A stretch of 64,000 bases of DNA, from positions 288,001-352,000 of the forward strand of contig CAVXYC010000014.1 of assembly GCA_963765765.1 (NCBI GenBank), written 5' to 3'. This DNA comes from an uncultured Chloroflexia bacterium (GTDB taxonomy: Bacteria > Chloroflexota > UBA6077 > JACCZL01). The notes beneath the pieces are model-generated. The model had not been told where the DNA came from. It was given only the letters and a program-made list of their open reading frames with translations, and searched no databases. Positions 38,734-49,486 of the stretch are shown here, one piece after another. The position numbers and the translations under genes were made by a program. The first letter of the stretch is position 1; every line of letters starts with the position of its first letter.

Positions 38734-38986
38734 GATCCAACATCTCCACTCTCGGGTTGCTTCCTCCCCTACTCGAGGGAAGCGTGACCCATCCGCTGAT
38801 CGTCGGCTGACTGAGTCCCTACTCCTGGATTGCCCGACAAAAAGGCTGGTAGCGCCATGGACATTTCTGGTCCCGAAAGTTCATGGAAGACCATCGGACA
38901 GTTATTAACTTGGAAACGCAGGGCGGATGCACCATCTCGATGACTCCAAACCCCGACCGCCCGTCTGACGCATTTCTTGGACGCCA

Positions 38987-40204
38987 TCATGGAGTCCACC
39001 CAGGAGTCACACTGGCCATGTCCCCCAGTGGGAGATGCACGGTGACCTTTGTTCCGCGATCTTCGGTGCTCTGGACGCTGACCGTTCCGCCGTGCAGGTC
39101 GACCATCCGCCGTACGGCCATGAGCCCCACCCCGGTCCCGGAGGCGTGTCCGATCGCATTCCGACCGCGATAGTAGCCGTCCAGGATGCGCGGGAGATCG
39201 GCGTGCGGAATCCCGATCCCGCGATCGCGCACGCGCAGCACGGCCAGCGGGCCCTGCGCAGTCCGGCGCCAGCCCACGGTCACTCGGATCGTAGTGCCGC
39301 TCGGGCTGTACTTCACCGCGTTTGACAACAGGTTGACCACCACGCGCTCCATCCGGATCGGGTCCCAGGCTCCCACGAGCGCCCCGGCCGTCGCTCCGAC
39401 CCGAATGCGGTGCGTGGGAGCGAGCGGCTGATAGTCGGTAGCCACGCGCCGCACGAGCGCGATGAGGTCCACCAGGCGCGGACTCGGTGCGTCGACGTTG
39501 TCACGCTCAGACTCGGCCCCCTCAGCAAGGTCATCCAGCAACGTCGCCATGGCGGATGCGCTGTGCTCTATCTGCGTAAGGCCCAGACTCACTTTTTCCC
39601 GACCGACAGCAGGATCACGACCCGCCGTGGAATCGCGTAGGATGTCTCGCTTGAGCATCTGGGCGCGCAAGCGAATCGCGCCCACCGCGTTGCGCAGGTC
39701 ATGCTGGGTCGCCGCGGCAAACTCGGACGAGGCATCCGGCTCGAGCTCACCGTCATCATCCCGGGAGCTCTCCGAGGGCGCCATCGGAGACGGCGCGATG
39801 CTGCGGGCGATGGCCATGGCGCCGCGGACGCGCTCGTCAGTGTCGAACAGGGGCATCTCCGTCCACCGCAGGTGTGTCGGCGGCGTGCCCACAATCGCCC
39901 GGCCGACATCGATGGTGACCGATTCGCCCCGCAGTGCGCGATCGAAGGGGTGGAGTACCTGAGCACCATTCGAGGAATCGGAAAGGAATCCCAGTCCCAG
40001 CTCGAAGGCGGTGCGTCCAGTCAGCTCATCCTGATGGCTTCCTAGTGCGTCATGCATGGCGGGATTGGCGTACAGGATGCGCCCATCTCGGTTCACCATC
40101 ATGACACCATCGCGCAACTGCCCAAGGATCGTGAGCGTCGGTGCTCCCGCCAATAGCTCATGGACCTCTGTCAGAGGTGGGGTCCAGGCCATCGTTGCTG
40201 TCAT
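38987..40204 (-). CDS. PAS sensor histidine kinase
   Basis: PAS (DGVMMVNRDGRILYANPA), H-box QHDLRNAV, N-box NLLSNAVKYS, G1 VRDRGIGIP, G2 GTGVGL. Confidence 0.93.
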   Translation of the reverse strand: MTATMAWTPPLTEVHELLAGAPTLTILGQLRDGVMMVNRDGRILYANPAMHDALGSHQDELTGRTAFELGLGFLSDSSNGAQVLHPFDRALRGESVTIDVGRAIVGTPPTHLRWTEMPLFDTDERVRGAMAIARSIAPSPMAPSESSRDDDGELEPDASSEFAAATQHDLRNAVGAIRLRAQMLKRDILRDSTAGRDPAVGREKVSLGLTQIEHSASAMATLLDDLAEGAESERDNVDAPSPRLVDLIALVRRVATDYQPLAPTHRIRVGATAGALVGAWDPIRMERVVVNLLSNAVKYSPSGTTIRVTVGWRRTAQGPLAVLRVRDRGIGIPHADLPRILDGYYRGRNAIGHASGTGVGLMAVRRMVDLHGGTVSVQSTEDRGTKVTVHLPLGDMASVTPGWTP

Positions 40205-40363
40205 TTCTAAATTCCTTCCTCTGAGCAGTGGTCGCTTACTCACGCAACGGCCCACTCCGCTTCACCGGACTCTTGTAATCAGACCGTTGTTAAACACGAG
40301 GTCTTTCGAAATCACTGAGCCTGATTCGGCCTTCATACTGCCGTCGCAAAAATCCACTGGACC

Positions 40364-42595
40364 TCAGACGCCGACTTGAACGAGTCCAAGCTCAATTGCC
40401 CGGACCGCGGCCTGAGTTCGATCCACCACGTCCAGCTTGGGAAACAATCGCCCCAGGTGGTTGCGAACTGTCCCCGTACTCAGGTGAAGCCGAGACCCAA
40501 TCTGCTGATTTGTCAGCCCTGAGGTCAACATGGCCAGAATCTCCACCTCCCGACGAGTGAGCTGACCGGCAATTGCCGCTGCATCCTCATCTCGATGCGC
40601 CTGCTCTCGCTGTTCAACGAAGAGCTCAGCCACCATCTGCTGGTGCCGTTTCTCCTGCTCCACGAGCTCTTGCCGGAGCGCTGTACACTCATCGCGCGTG
40701 CGCTCCAGCTCGGTGACGTCATGTGCGACTACCAGGACGGATATCGGCGTCACTCCAGTTGAGATGTCCGGGATGAACCGCACACGATGCGATCGCAGCC
40801 CCCGTGAGGTCGTCAGATGGAGATCACACTGCCGTTCACGTCCACTTCTTAAGACTGCTCGTATGCCAACGCGCCAGCTTTCCACCTGCTGAGGAGGAAT
40901 GACTCCCAGCTCTCCCAGAGACTGACCAAGAAGGGCATCACTCTCGATGCCGGTTTCGAGTGTGAACGCGACGTTTGCGTAGTCGCAGCGCAGGTCCGCG
41001 TCGAGTCGAGTAACTAGCTCTGGCGCATGCTCAATGGACGCCTCTGTGAAGTACTCTAGGTTCCGTCGCTCGATAGCTGAGCCGATCAGATGAGCCGCTG
41101 AACCGATGAGCTGCAAATCTGCATCAGAGAACTCCCTCGCGCGTTGAAGATACACGCCGAGCAGTCCATAAGGACGACCTGAGACGATGACCGGCGCCAC
41201 AACCCCGCACTCGGCCTTAACTTCACGCAGGAAGCTGCTGAAGAGCGAGCCGACTTCCGTAGTGTCGACAGCTGAAATGACCACCGGAGTCGTGGCACGC
41301 ATCGGGAGCGCCATAAGCGTAGCCTTGACGTCCCTGAAAAGAGCCTTCCCGACCCTCCGCTCGTCAATGCCCACGCCGGCCTCAAGGATGAGCGCCTCGC
41401 CATCTGGTGCAAGACGCAGTAGATGGGCCGCATCTGCATGGAGGACGTCGCCGAGAATCATGGTGGCCGCGTCGAACAATCGGCTGAGGTCTCCTCCGGC
41501 GGCAGCGAGACTTTCAAGATCGGCACAGGCGGACAATTGGCGCTCGAGCAAGGTCACTGCCGCGGTGAGCTGCGCATGATCGGCGCGCCTGGACTCAACC
41601 GCTTCGGAAGCACCTCGCGACGGATGCACCGTTACATCGGTGGCGACACCTCGGTATCCGCTGAATTTGCCTTGCCCGTTAAAGACCGGCTTGCCACTCA
41701 GGCTAAATGTGGCCAGAGCGCCATTGGCTCCGGGAACATAGATTCGGAAATCTCGAAATGGGCGGTGTGCTTGTAGCTCATCAGTAAGTGACCATCCCTC
41801 GCCGGCGGTGAGATGGACTCCCGCCTCCTCGAGCGTTCGGCCAAGCTGCCAGATCGGTTTGTTGGTCGCGCTACCTGGACCTATGGACGAGACCCAGCTG
41901 AAGCGGAAGTTCTCATCCTGCTCCCAGAGTACGTCCGCGACGGCCTCGACCGCGTCCCGATGAAGTATTTCTCTCCGCTCCAGCTCATCGGCGTGCGAGC
42001 CGGCGCTCTTCAGCCGCAGCGCATCGTAGAACTGGCCCGCCACGGCATGTGCCAGGCTCATCAGATTGATCTCATCGTCGCGGCTGAAGGCAGAAACGTC
42101 CGGACTCGCAGCGAAGACTACTCCAACGGCTCCGGTAAGGGTCACGAGTGGGGCACCGATCCAGGCACGTGCCGACGCTCCCAGCGCGATATCGCAATCA
42201 GCAAAGCGGGGATCGGCCCGCACGTCAGTAAGCTTCAGGGCACGCGCACTCCGCAGCACCGTGAGAAGAAGTCCTTCGTGAGCCGGGCAATCATTGGCAA
42301 GGACTCCAAACGAACCGCGTCCGGCCACGATCTCGAGCTCGCTCGTAGCATCGTTAAGGAGAGCCAGCGCAACCGTATCCACGCCCAGCAGCTCGTCAAC
42401 GACGTCCAGGAGGCGCTCTGCTCGAGCCGACAGAGCTAGCTCGCCCCCAATGCGCTGCGCTGCACGAAGCAGAATGTCGGCCACGGAGCGCTGCCGCGTG
42501 CCCTCAGTAGTTGCAGTTATAGAAAGCACGTTGTCCAGCTCGAGATCCTGGGAATCAGGTTGGCTGCGTGCGGCGATCTTGTTCTTAGCGCTCAT
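40364..42595 (-). CDS. GAF-PAS-GAF-PAS-LuxR one-component regulator
   Basis: DVRADPRF, LWEQDENFRF..SGKPVF..GYRGVATDVT, second GAF and PAS, LTRREVEIL..GLTNQQIG..GTVRNH. Confidence 0.9.
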   Translation of the reverse strand: MSAKNKIAARSQPDSQDLELDNVLSITATTEGTRQRSVADILLRAAQRIGGELALSARAERLLDVVDELLGVDTVALALLNDATSELEIVAGRGSFGVLANDCPAHEGLLLTVLRSARALKLTDVRADPRFADCDIALGASARAWIGAPLVTLTGAVGVVFAASPDVSAFSRDDEINLMSLAHAVAGQFYDALRLKSAGSHADELERREILHRDAVEAVADVLWEQDENFRFSWVSSIGPGSATNKPIWQLGRTLEEAGVHLTAGEGWSLTDELQAHRPFRDFRIYVPGANGALATFSLSGKPVFNGQGKFSGYRGVATDVTVHPSRGASEAVESRRADHAQLTAAVTLLERQLSACADLESLAAAGGDLSRLFDAATMILGDVLHADAAHLLRLAPDGEALILEAGVGIDERRVGKALFRDVKATLMALPMRATTPVVISAVDTTEVGSLFSSFLREVKAECGVVAPVIVSGRPYGLLGVYLQRAREFSDADLQLIGSAAHLIGSAIERRNLEYFTEASIEHAPELVTRLDADLRCDYANVAFTLETGIESDALLGQSLGELGVIPPQQVESWRVGIRAVLRSGRERQCDLHLTTSRGLRSHRVRFIPDISTGVTPISVLVVAHDVTELERTRDECTALRQELVEQEKRHQQMVAELFVEQREQAHRDEDAAAIAGQLTRREVEILAMLTSGLTNQQIGSRLHLSTGTVRNHLGRLFPKLDVVDRTQAAVRAIELGLVQVGV

Positions 42596-43140
42596 AGTGA
42601 CTCTCCCTGTCTCTACACGCCACTGCTCTCAACTCTTCCAGCCCCCGCTCCTGACCATTCAGTGAGACAGCGACCATGAAAGACACTCAAGACAGGGCTG
42701 TGAATTAGGTCTCCGTTAAAGGGTCTTCGTTCGACGAGCTCCGCCGCCTCTTGCGAAGTCCGCCGGGCCCTTGCGACTAGACTATTCCTCCGTCACGAGC
42801 GCCAGTGAGGTCCAGAATGGTGCACATACGGAGCAAATTGTTAAGACGCGACGGGTAAATCTTAAAATGTGACATGAATGTGCCATTTGGCATGCGTGCG
42901 TAGTGCCGGTGAGGGTGACTTTCCAGCAGGATTAAAGCGGCATCCATCAGCCTCGGCCCGATAATTCGTCATCAAGGGCGCACAGCGGATGTGCCCCATG
43001 GCATCGCCAGAGTAGTGACGGCTGGTATCTCGGCTGCTCCCGGCGCGTTTTAGACTCCACACCCAGAGAGCCCCTCAAGCGGGTCTTGGCGACCCATGAA
43101 TCTAGAGGCTCTGGCTAACGCTGTTGGAGGTGGAACTAGG

Positions 43141-44282
43141 ATGACGCTGAAACGCCCCGGCTTCCTGATAATTACATCGCTCGTGGCCCTGGCCATCGTT
43201 CTTTCTTCCTGCGGCGGCTACGCGCTCGGATCTCAGGGCTCGTCTGCTCCGGCCCTCAGGCCGCTCCTTCGGGCAAGCCCGCCAGCGGTCCTGAGGTCAA
43301 CGGAGTGATCAGCGGAGTGGCGGAAAAGGTGCGCCCGGCGACGGTGCTCGTACAGAACCTGGCGGTTGCACCACGCGATTCATCGCAAGCCATCGGAGGT
43401 GGCCTTGTCCCGCGAGGGCTCGGCACCGGGTTCATTTACGATGAAGGCGGCTTTATCATCTCCAATCACCACGTGGTTGACGGCGCCGTTCGCCTGCGGG
43501 TAGTCCTTCCACCCCCGGACAATCGGCAGTTTGACGCGCGCTTGCTCGGCTCTGACCTCCAGACTGACCTGGCCGTCATGAAGATCGACGGCGAGCGTCT
43601 TCCAACTGTCCCGCTCGGAAATTCCGAAGATCTCAAAGTTGGTGAGTGGGTCGTCGCGGTAGGCAACGCCCTGGGTCTGCCCGGGGGTCCAACGGTTACG
43701 GCTGGAGTTGTAAGTGCTCTGGCGCGTGAAGTACAGGAGCCATCCCAACAAGGCACCGCCGGCCCAACCCTTTACAGCCTCATTCAGACTGACGCGGCCA
43801 TCAATCCTGGCAACTCTGGGGGACCGCTGGTCGATCTCAGCGGCTCGGTCATCGGCGTAAATACGCTGGGCTCGTCGGAGGCCAACAATATCGGGTTCGC
43901 GATCTCGATTGGCCCGGCAAAAGCCATTGTGGAGCAGCTTCGACAGAATGGTCGTGTTGCCCGAGGATACCTTGGGATCGGGGCCGCGAGCGTCAATGAA
44001 GCGATCAGAGGAGCGCTTAGTCTGCCCCAGGCCAATGGTGTGGTGGTCAACGACGTTCAACCGGGCGGGCCCGCGGCAACCGGCGGACTGAGGCCCGGCG
44101 ATGTGATTGTTGGCCTTGGCGACACAGTCATAAATGACCGATCGGACCTGGAGCGTGCCCTTTCGACACAATACAAGCCAGGCGACGCGGTCGCTGTGAA
44201 AGTGCTGCGGGATGCCCGAGAGCAGACCCTCCAGGTCCGCCTCGGTGACCGGCCTGCTCCTCCTGCTCCTCCATCACGCTAA
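43141..44282 (+). CDS. htrA: HtrA/DegP-like serine protease with PDZ domain (lipoprotein), frameshift near 43260-43300
   Basis: Lipobox VLSSC; GTGF, SNHHVV (His), TDLAV (Asp), IQTDAAINPGNSGGPL (Ser), GYLGI PDZ. Confidence 0.92.
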
Positions 44283-44311
44283 CGGAGTGCCAGTCATTCC
44301 GAACCATCGCC

Positions 44312-44352
44312 AACGAAGCCAATGGACTTATTGAAGGTCCATTGGCTTCGTT
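44312..44352 (+). terminator. 16-bp perfect stem-loop after htrA
   Basis: AACGAAGCCAATGGAC-ttattgaag-GTCCATTGGCTTCGTT; weak U-tail. Confidence 0.6.
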
Positions 44353-44396
44353 CAGCGAAGATAAAAGGTCGTTGGTGCCGAGTGCCTTGAGACACT

Positions 44397-44875
44397 CCAT
44401 GCGCTCGAGCGCACCGACACGCCCTGAATAGCGGCATCGATGCTCGATGCGAGTGACCGTGTCATGCCGAGGCTCGAGGCATCTCCCGGACATCGACGAA
44501 ACCGATAGCGAAGCAAATGGGGCGACCTAGATCACGCGTGCTCCGACATCCAGCAGATACCTCGTCCCTCTCGTGAACACCTCCGCCGGCTGGTCCGTCA
44601 ATCACCGCATCCGTGTCATCCTGAGCCGCAGCGAAGGATCTTGCCCGCCGGTGCCCAGGATACCGATGGTGAGATCCTTTGCGGCTCAGGATGACCCGAC
44701 GCGGTGATTAAGAGAGGAATGCTCGAACCGGCGACTGGAGCCAGGTCGGTGCTCGAAGCGGCCGGACGACATCATCGTCAGTGGCTCCCGAGGTCCGGAA
44801 GACCCCACGTCTCTCGGGATGACAAGCGGCCGGCAGCGGAAACGAGCTCGGCGACAGTGTGTTCATCAGAGCGAG
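44397..44875. repeat. Second REP-like module cluster
   Basis: 44397-44680 is a reverse-complement copy of 32789-33075; 44803-44872 is a direct copy of about 32711-32781; contains GTCATCCTGAGCCGCAGCGAAGGATCT...CTCAGGATGAC. Confidence 0.88.
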
Positions 44876-44885
44876 TCACCCGAAC

Positions 44886-46053
44886 TTAGTTGTCGTTGCG
44901 GTCCTCGCTAGGTTCGGATCCTTCGCCGAGGAGCTCGGCGACCATTCGATCAGTGAGCCGCTGCTGGACAACGACTCCGCCGAGTACAGACAGGGCCTCT
45001 TGCAATGGAGTAACCCAGTCTGATTGCACGACAAGTAAGATGCCGGACTTGCCCGGCTGTAGCCGTTCAGCCATGGCCTTCAGGAACGAATCGTCGAAAC
45101 CGCGGTCGACAATTTTGCCAGCGATAGCGCCAGCACCCGCTCCCAACGCTGGTGCCGCGACGAGCCCCAAGCCACCCGTGATGAGACCGAGGACGCCACC
45201 GAGGACTGCACCGCCCAGCGCGCCGCCCTTGGGATCCAGATCTTGACGCTCTTTTACCGTTGTCTTGCCGTCCTGTTCCTTGACCAGCACAGCGCCGCTG
45301 TGGATCATCAACGAGCCGCGTTGAATCAGACCTTTGACAAAGTCCATGGCGTCATTTGCGCCTCCCGGATCGTCGAATACGATGCCAACCATCTCCAGGT
45401 CCACACCCGCCCAGGTGCCATGGTCAGCTCGCGCCGGGACCGATGGAAGTGAGTCGAGTGCCTTGCGATCAAGCTTGATGTGAACGGTGCTCTCGGTGAC
45501 GTACTTGATTACCGAAAGAGGGCAGAGTGATCTCTTTGCCGCTGCGTATCAGCGTCAAGTGGGTCACCTCAGCGGTGCCGCGCTCAACAACCAGCTCGGT
45601 TACAAGCCCAGCCTCGCCATCGGTCGCCTCCACCATGGTCCCTGACCGAATCGCGATCTCCCCTTCGGGTATTCGCTCCACCTCGTCCGTGACGTAGTAA
45701 GTCTCTAGGGGCATTGGCCCCATGGTGAAGCTCGGATCGATCGCCGCATAGTGCGAGTGGGGGACGTTGACTTGTCGAACCTGCTCCTCGGTAAACGGCT
45801 CTAGCTTGTCGAGATCCGCTGCCGTGCAGTGCAGCAACACGGTTCCACTATCCGTGCGGGATACCAGATCCACAGGAACCAGCCGGGGCGCTGAGCTCGG
45901 ATTATCCGGACCTCGAACGGCAACATGGGTCACCCTGCGGCTCAAGGGGTTGACCACGACCGCCACCATGTCGCCTTGTTTCCCGTCCGTGAGCTCAACC
46001 CTGGCATTTACTGGCGTACTCGCCATGTCACCCTCCACCAGCACCCGTGCCAT
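44886..46053 (-). CDS. PRC-barrel x2 + DUF1269 fusion protein, split by one extra base near 45520
   Basis: Removing one base gives EITLPLSVIKYVTESTVHIKLDRKALDSLPSVPARADHGTWAGVDLEMVGIVF, in frame with the DUF1269 ORF 44886-45404. Confidence 0.8.
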
Positions 46054-46123
46054 TCAGCGACTTCTGCGCGCCCGTGTGCAGATTCGACGACCACAGTCTA
46101 GGCGTGTCAGAAAGGCGTTCAGA

Positions 46124-46167
46124 TGACAGACGTCACTTGGTAACAGGTGTCGCCTTGTCAAATGGCA
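46124..46167. promoter_or_regulatory. Three tandem TGnCA-N2-TGnCA-like sites upstream of PRC-DUF1269
   Basis: TGACA-GA-CGTCA, TAACA-GG-TGTCG, TGTCA-AA-TGGCA. Confidence 0.55.
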
Positions 46168-46337
46168 CCCCTTCGGCGTACCGTATCGATACGCCATTTG
46201 ACCGATGACGGCCGTGGGATCCACCAGTTGGAACTTTCGGCCCATTCCATGCGTTTGACTATGCGGAGATTGGAAAGGGAAGGTTCGCATTGACGCGCGG
46301 GCCACAATGCCCACGCTAAGGCTAACCAGGGACGCCG

Positions 46338-46616
46338 ATGATTAACTACGAGGACAAAGACGCCCTTATAGAGAACTTTCGGGCAGCGCTTCACAAGGCG
46401 GAGGACACCCCGTCCGAAGAGGCCGTTGTAGAATTGCGATTGGCCGCGGCTCCCATAATGGACAAGCTCCGCGCGGAGTATCGGGCTGCCGGAAATACAG
46501 ATGTCGATTGCACCGCGATGTTCCGCTGGCTTCGGTTAAAGCTGGCGCAACGGGACGCGGCTGCTAATGAGACGCGCGAAACATCCCTGAGCCCGCAATT
46601 GGCAAAGTTCAACTGA
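46338..46616 (+). CDS. Small helical hypothetical protein ('YxAAG...MFRW' family)
   Basis: Homologous to 21403-21652; AGGGA RBS. Confidence 0.72.
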   Translation: MINYEDKDALIENFRAALHKAEDTPSEEAVVELRLAAAPIMDKLRAEYRAAGNTDVDCTAMFRWLRLKLAQRDAAANETRETSLSPQLAKFN

Positions 46617-47088
46617 TCGCCTGAGTTAGTTGGGCACCGCCCAACTCCGATCTCCCGATATGCGCCATGCGTCCCGGCGCACCGGGAGCCATGAACACCG
46701 AGGTTAGTGCGGCCGTCACCGGTCGGCCGCCGGATCCGGGTGCCCGGCGCCCCTCTGTGGTAATCCCAGGGGCTCATCCTGAGCTCGTTGACAGCACTGC
46801 CGTCCTGCGCTGCCCAAACCGTGGTTAATCGGTCGGCAGCGTCGACTCCGTACCCAAAATTCGTCCAACGATTTCGTCGGCCAAATGATGCCCGGAGACA
46901 CCAGGGGACGGTGCCATCTGGCATCTCCAATTCCGCGGACACCATAGGATACTGAGCGCGAGTCGAGGTCCATAATTCGTGGATGTGGGCCAGGCCCCCA
47001 GATCTAAGTCGGGGGTGGGCACGGTAGGGTGGTAGCTGCTGTGTCACTGGACGCCGACGTTGACAAACTCTACGGAGGTAGGTTGGAC

Positions 47089-47574
47089 ATGGCGGAACTT
47101 GTGGTGTTGGGATTCAAGGACATGACCACGGCCGACGCGGCCATAGCCGAGATAGAAAACTTGCAGCGCGAAGCGCTTCTATCGATTGCCGATTGGGCGC
47201 GAGTCATTCGTCGACCAGACGGCAAGGTTGACATCAAGCAGAGCTCAAATACGGCGGCCGCGGGCGCCCTCGGGGGCACATTCTGGGGCTTGCTGTTCGG
47301 TCTGATCTTTTTCGTACCGATCGCTGGCATGGTAGTAGGCGGCGTGATGGGCGGGGTCATGGGAGCACTGACTGACGTCGGCGTCGATGACAAGATGATC
47401 AAGGAGCTTGGCCAAAAAATCGCCCCCGGCACATCTGCGCTCTTCGTCTACGTCATCGAGGCAACTGGGGACAAAGTCGCCGAGCGGATGAAGCAATATC
47501 AGCCAGAAGTATTACGCACCTCATTGTCTCACGATGCCGAGGAAAAGCTGAAACAGAACCTCGCCTCCGCCTGA
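47089..47574 (+). CDS. DUF1269 family membrane protein
   Basis: MAELVVLGF, GALGGTFWGLLFGLIFFVP, D.GVDD.MIKE....PGTSALF, VLRTSLS; RBS GGAGG. Confidence 0.93.
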   Translation: MAELVVLGFKDMTTADAAIAEIENLQREALLSIADWARVIRRPDGKVDIKQSSNTAAAGALGGTFWGLLFGLIFFVPIAGMVVGGVMGGVMGALTDVGVDDKMIKELGQKIAPGTSALFVYVIEATGDKVAERMKQYQPEVLRTSLSHDAEEKLKQNLASA

Positions 47575-47596
47575 GGCCCCCGATCGAACTGAGTTG

Positions 47597-47627
47597 AGGA
47601 TGCGGCACTTCACTGCCGCATCCTTTT
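47597..47627 (+). terminator. Rho-independent terminator
   Basis: AGGATGCGGCA-cttcac-TGCCGCATCCT followed by TTT. Confidence 0.75.
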
Positions 47628-47680
47628 CTGCGCATCCGTCCGAGCCACGCTGTGTACGAGGATCTCCAAGATGACTTCCA

Positions 47681-48190
47681 ATGATCGAACAAGGTGAAGC
47701 TCCTCACCGATACCTCGTTAAAGAGGCCCGAGTGGCCGTAGGGCACGACTACGTTATCGAGCGACATCATGGCGGCCTGGCATACAAAGTGGACGGGACA
47801 TTGCTCCGCATTCCTGAGGCGCTGACCCTGAACGATCCCGAAGGCCATGAGGTGCTCGAGATACATGGCACATTTCTCGATGTGACGGATGTGATGCACG
47901 TCTCTCGTCACGATCACACACTGGCCACGATACGAAAGAGGAGCTCGGATGACCTACACGTGGAGTATGCGGCCGAGCTACCAAAACATGCGCCCGTACA
48001 CGTGTCAGGCAAGCCCGAAGACCGCGCGTACCGACTGATCCAGGAAGGCCGCACCATCGCCACCACGTCCAAAGCGTGGGTGCCACTCGGCAAAGGCTAC
48101 CGTGCTGACATCGAGGCTAGTCAGGACGATGCACTTGTGCTCGCTATCACGGTATGCCTTGACGTGATGTCAAGGCCCGTCGTGAAGTGA
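47681..48190 (+). CDS. LURP-one/scramblase (Tubby C-terminal-like) protein
   Basis: RYLVKE..AVG.DY.IE, YKVDG, IATTSKAW, DDALVLAITVCLD. Confidence 0.8.
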   Translation: MIEQGEAPHRYLVKEARVAVGHDYVIERHHGGLAYKVDGTLLRIPEALTLNDPEGHEVLEIHGTFLDVTDVMHVSRHDHTLATIRKRSSDDLHVEYAAELPKHAPVHVSGKPEDRAYRLIQEGRTIATTSKAWVPLGKGYRADIEASQDDALVLAITVCLDVMSRPVVK

Positions 48191-48253
48191 TGTCACGAGC
48201 ATAGGTTCGCGATTTCGAGCGTTGTCCCGTTCGGACACCGCCCGGCCGACGTA

Positions 48254-49261
48254 TCAGTCAGCGTCGACTTTGGGTCCCGAAACCGCGAGACGGATGGCTA
48301 TCTCGTCATTCGCTATCTCATCAGTAGAAGAGCCGTCACTCAAAAGCTCCAGCACTTCTAGCTCGCGAAGGGTGAGCAGGTCGGAAAGACAGTCCGACTT
48401 TTCGTTCTGGTAGCAGATTCCCATATTACACTCACGGCTCGAATTCGAGCAATCTGGAATGCGCGGACCGGATAGCGGTTCCCGCGCAGCTTCCCACGAG
48501 CCACCTGGCGGGACCGACTTCCTGGTGAGCCAGTCCCGTACGTTAGCGCGAAGCTCAGTCACACCAAATGGCTTGAGCAAATAATCAGTAACCCCAGGGA
48601 CGCTCTCGCGCGAAGTTTGGTCTCATGGCCCTGGGCCGTCATCAAGACAATCGGCACATCTGTAAGTCGAGGGTTAAGGCGTAAGGTCCGGCAGGCGTCC
48701 AATCCGTCCATGACAGGCATCTGCAAGTCAAGAAGAATGAGATCAAACTGACCGTCCGTCGCCAGATCAACTGCCTCCGCGCCGTCCCGCGCGCGTACGA
48801 CCGTCGTATCCCTGGTGCCGCAATGCGGACTCGATCATCTTCGCCATGATGTCATCGTCATCAGCAATCAGGATTTGCGCGGACACTTCTGCTGAGCTCC
48901 GCATGGGTGGCACAGCTGGTTCGGCCGCAGCAACGCGCGAGTCGGCGAAAGCACGCTCGAGCTCACCACGCAACCTGGCCGCGAGCACTCGTCCTTGTCC
49001 ACGCCGTCCTCGATCCATCTGCAGAAGACCCTCGAGCTCACCGGCAATGTCCGCGGCCTCGGTGAGTCCGAACATATCGAGCGATCCAGCCAATTTGTGT
49101 GCTTCTCGCTGCGCTTCGTTGCTCTGATGTTCCTCACGTTGTGGCGTGGGCTCCGGGAGCAGCGCTTGATCAATCACAGCCAGGCGCTCATGGATCATGT
49201 CCCGGGCCGCCACCAGCAAACTAGCGATTGCGGGGTCAAGCGGAGGAGTGGGCTCTCCCAT
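48254..49261 (-). CDS. Hpt + receiver domain protein with several frameshifts; degenerate LuxR-like tail
   Basis: EAHKLAGSL.MFG (Hpt), ILIADDD, FDLILLDLQMPVMDG, VPIVLMTA, LKPFG, then LTLRELEVLELLSDG. Confidence 0.78.
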
Positions 49262-49440
49262 ACTTTTTCGACCTTCGATGTCTAGATGCATGATCTGGGT
49301 CTTTCATCAGGCGCAGACGAAGCCCCGCTACGATAGCCGTCTCGCATCAAGGTCTCGTTTGACCTAGCATATGCCCGCAAAGCTAACGCTGTCGTCCGCC
49401 CGTTGCTCTATTAGCAGGTCTTCAGATGATGCAGCCCGCG

Positions 49441-49458
49441 CTCATACATTTGTATGAG
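49441..49458. promoter_or_regulatory. Perfect 8-2-8 palindrome, candidate NarL/LuxR-type operator
   Basis: CTCATACA-TT-TGTATGAG between the NarL stop and the Hpt-REC start. Confidence 0.55.
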
Positions 49459-49486
49459 ACGCAAGCTACACACACCAATGAGCGTA

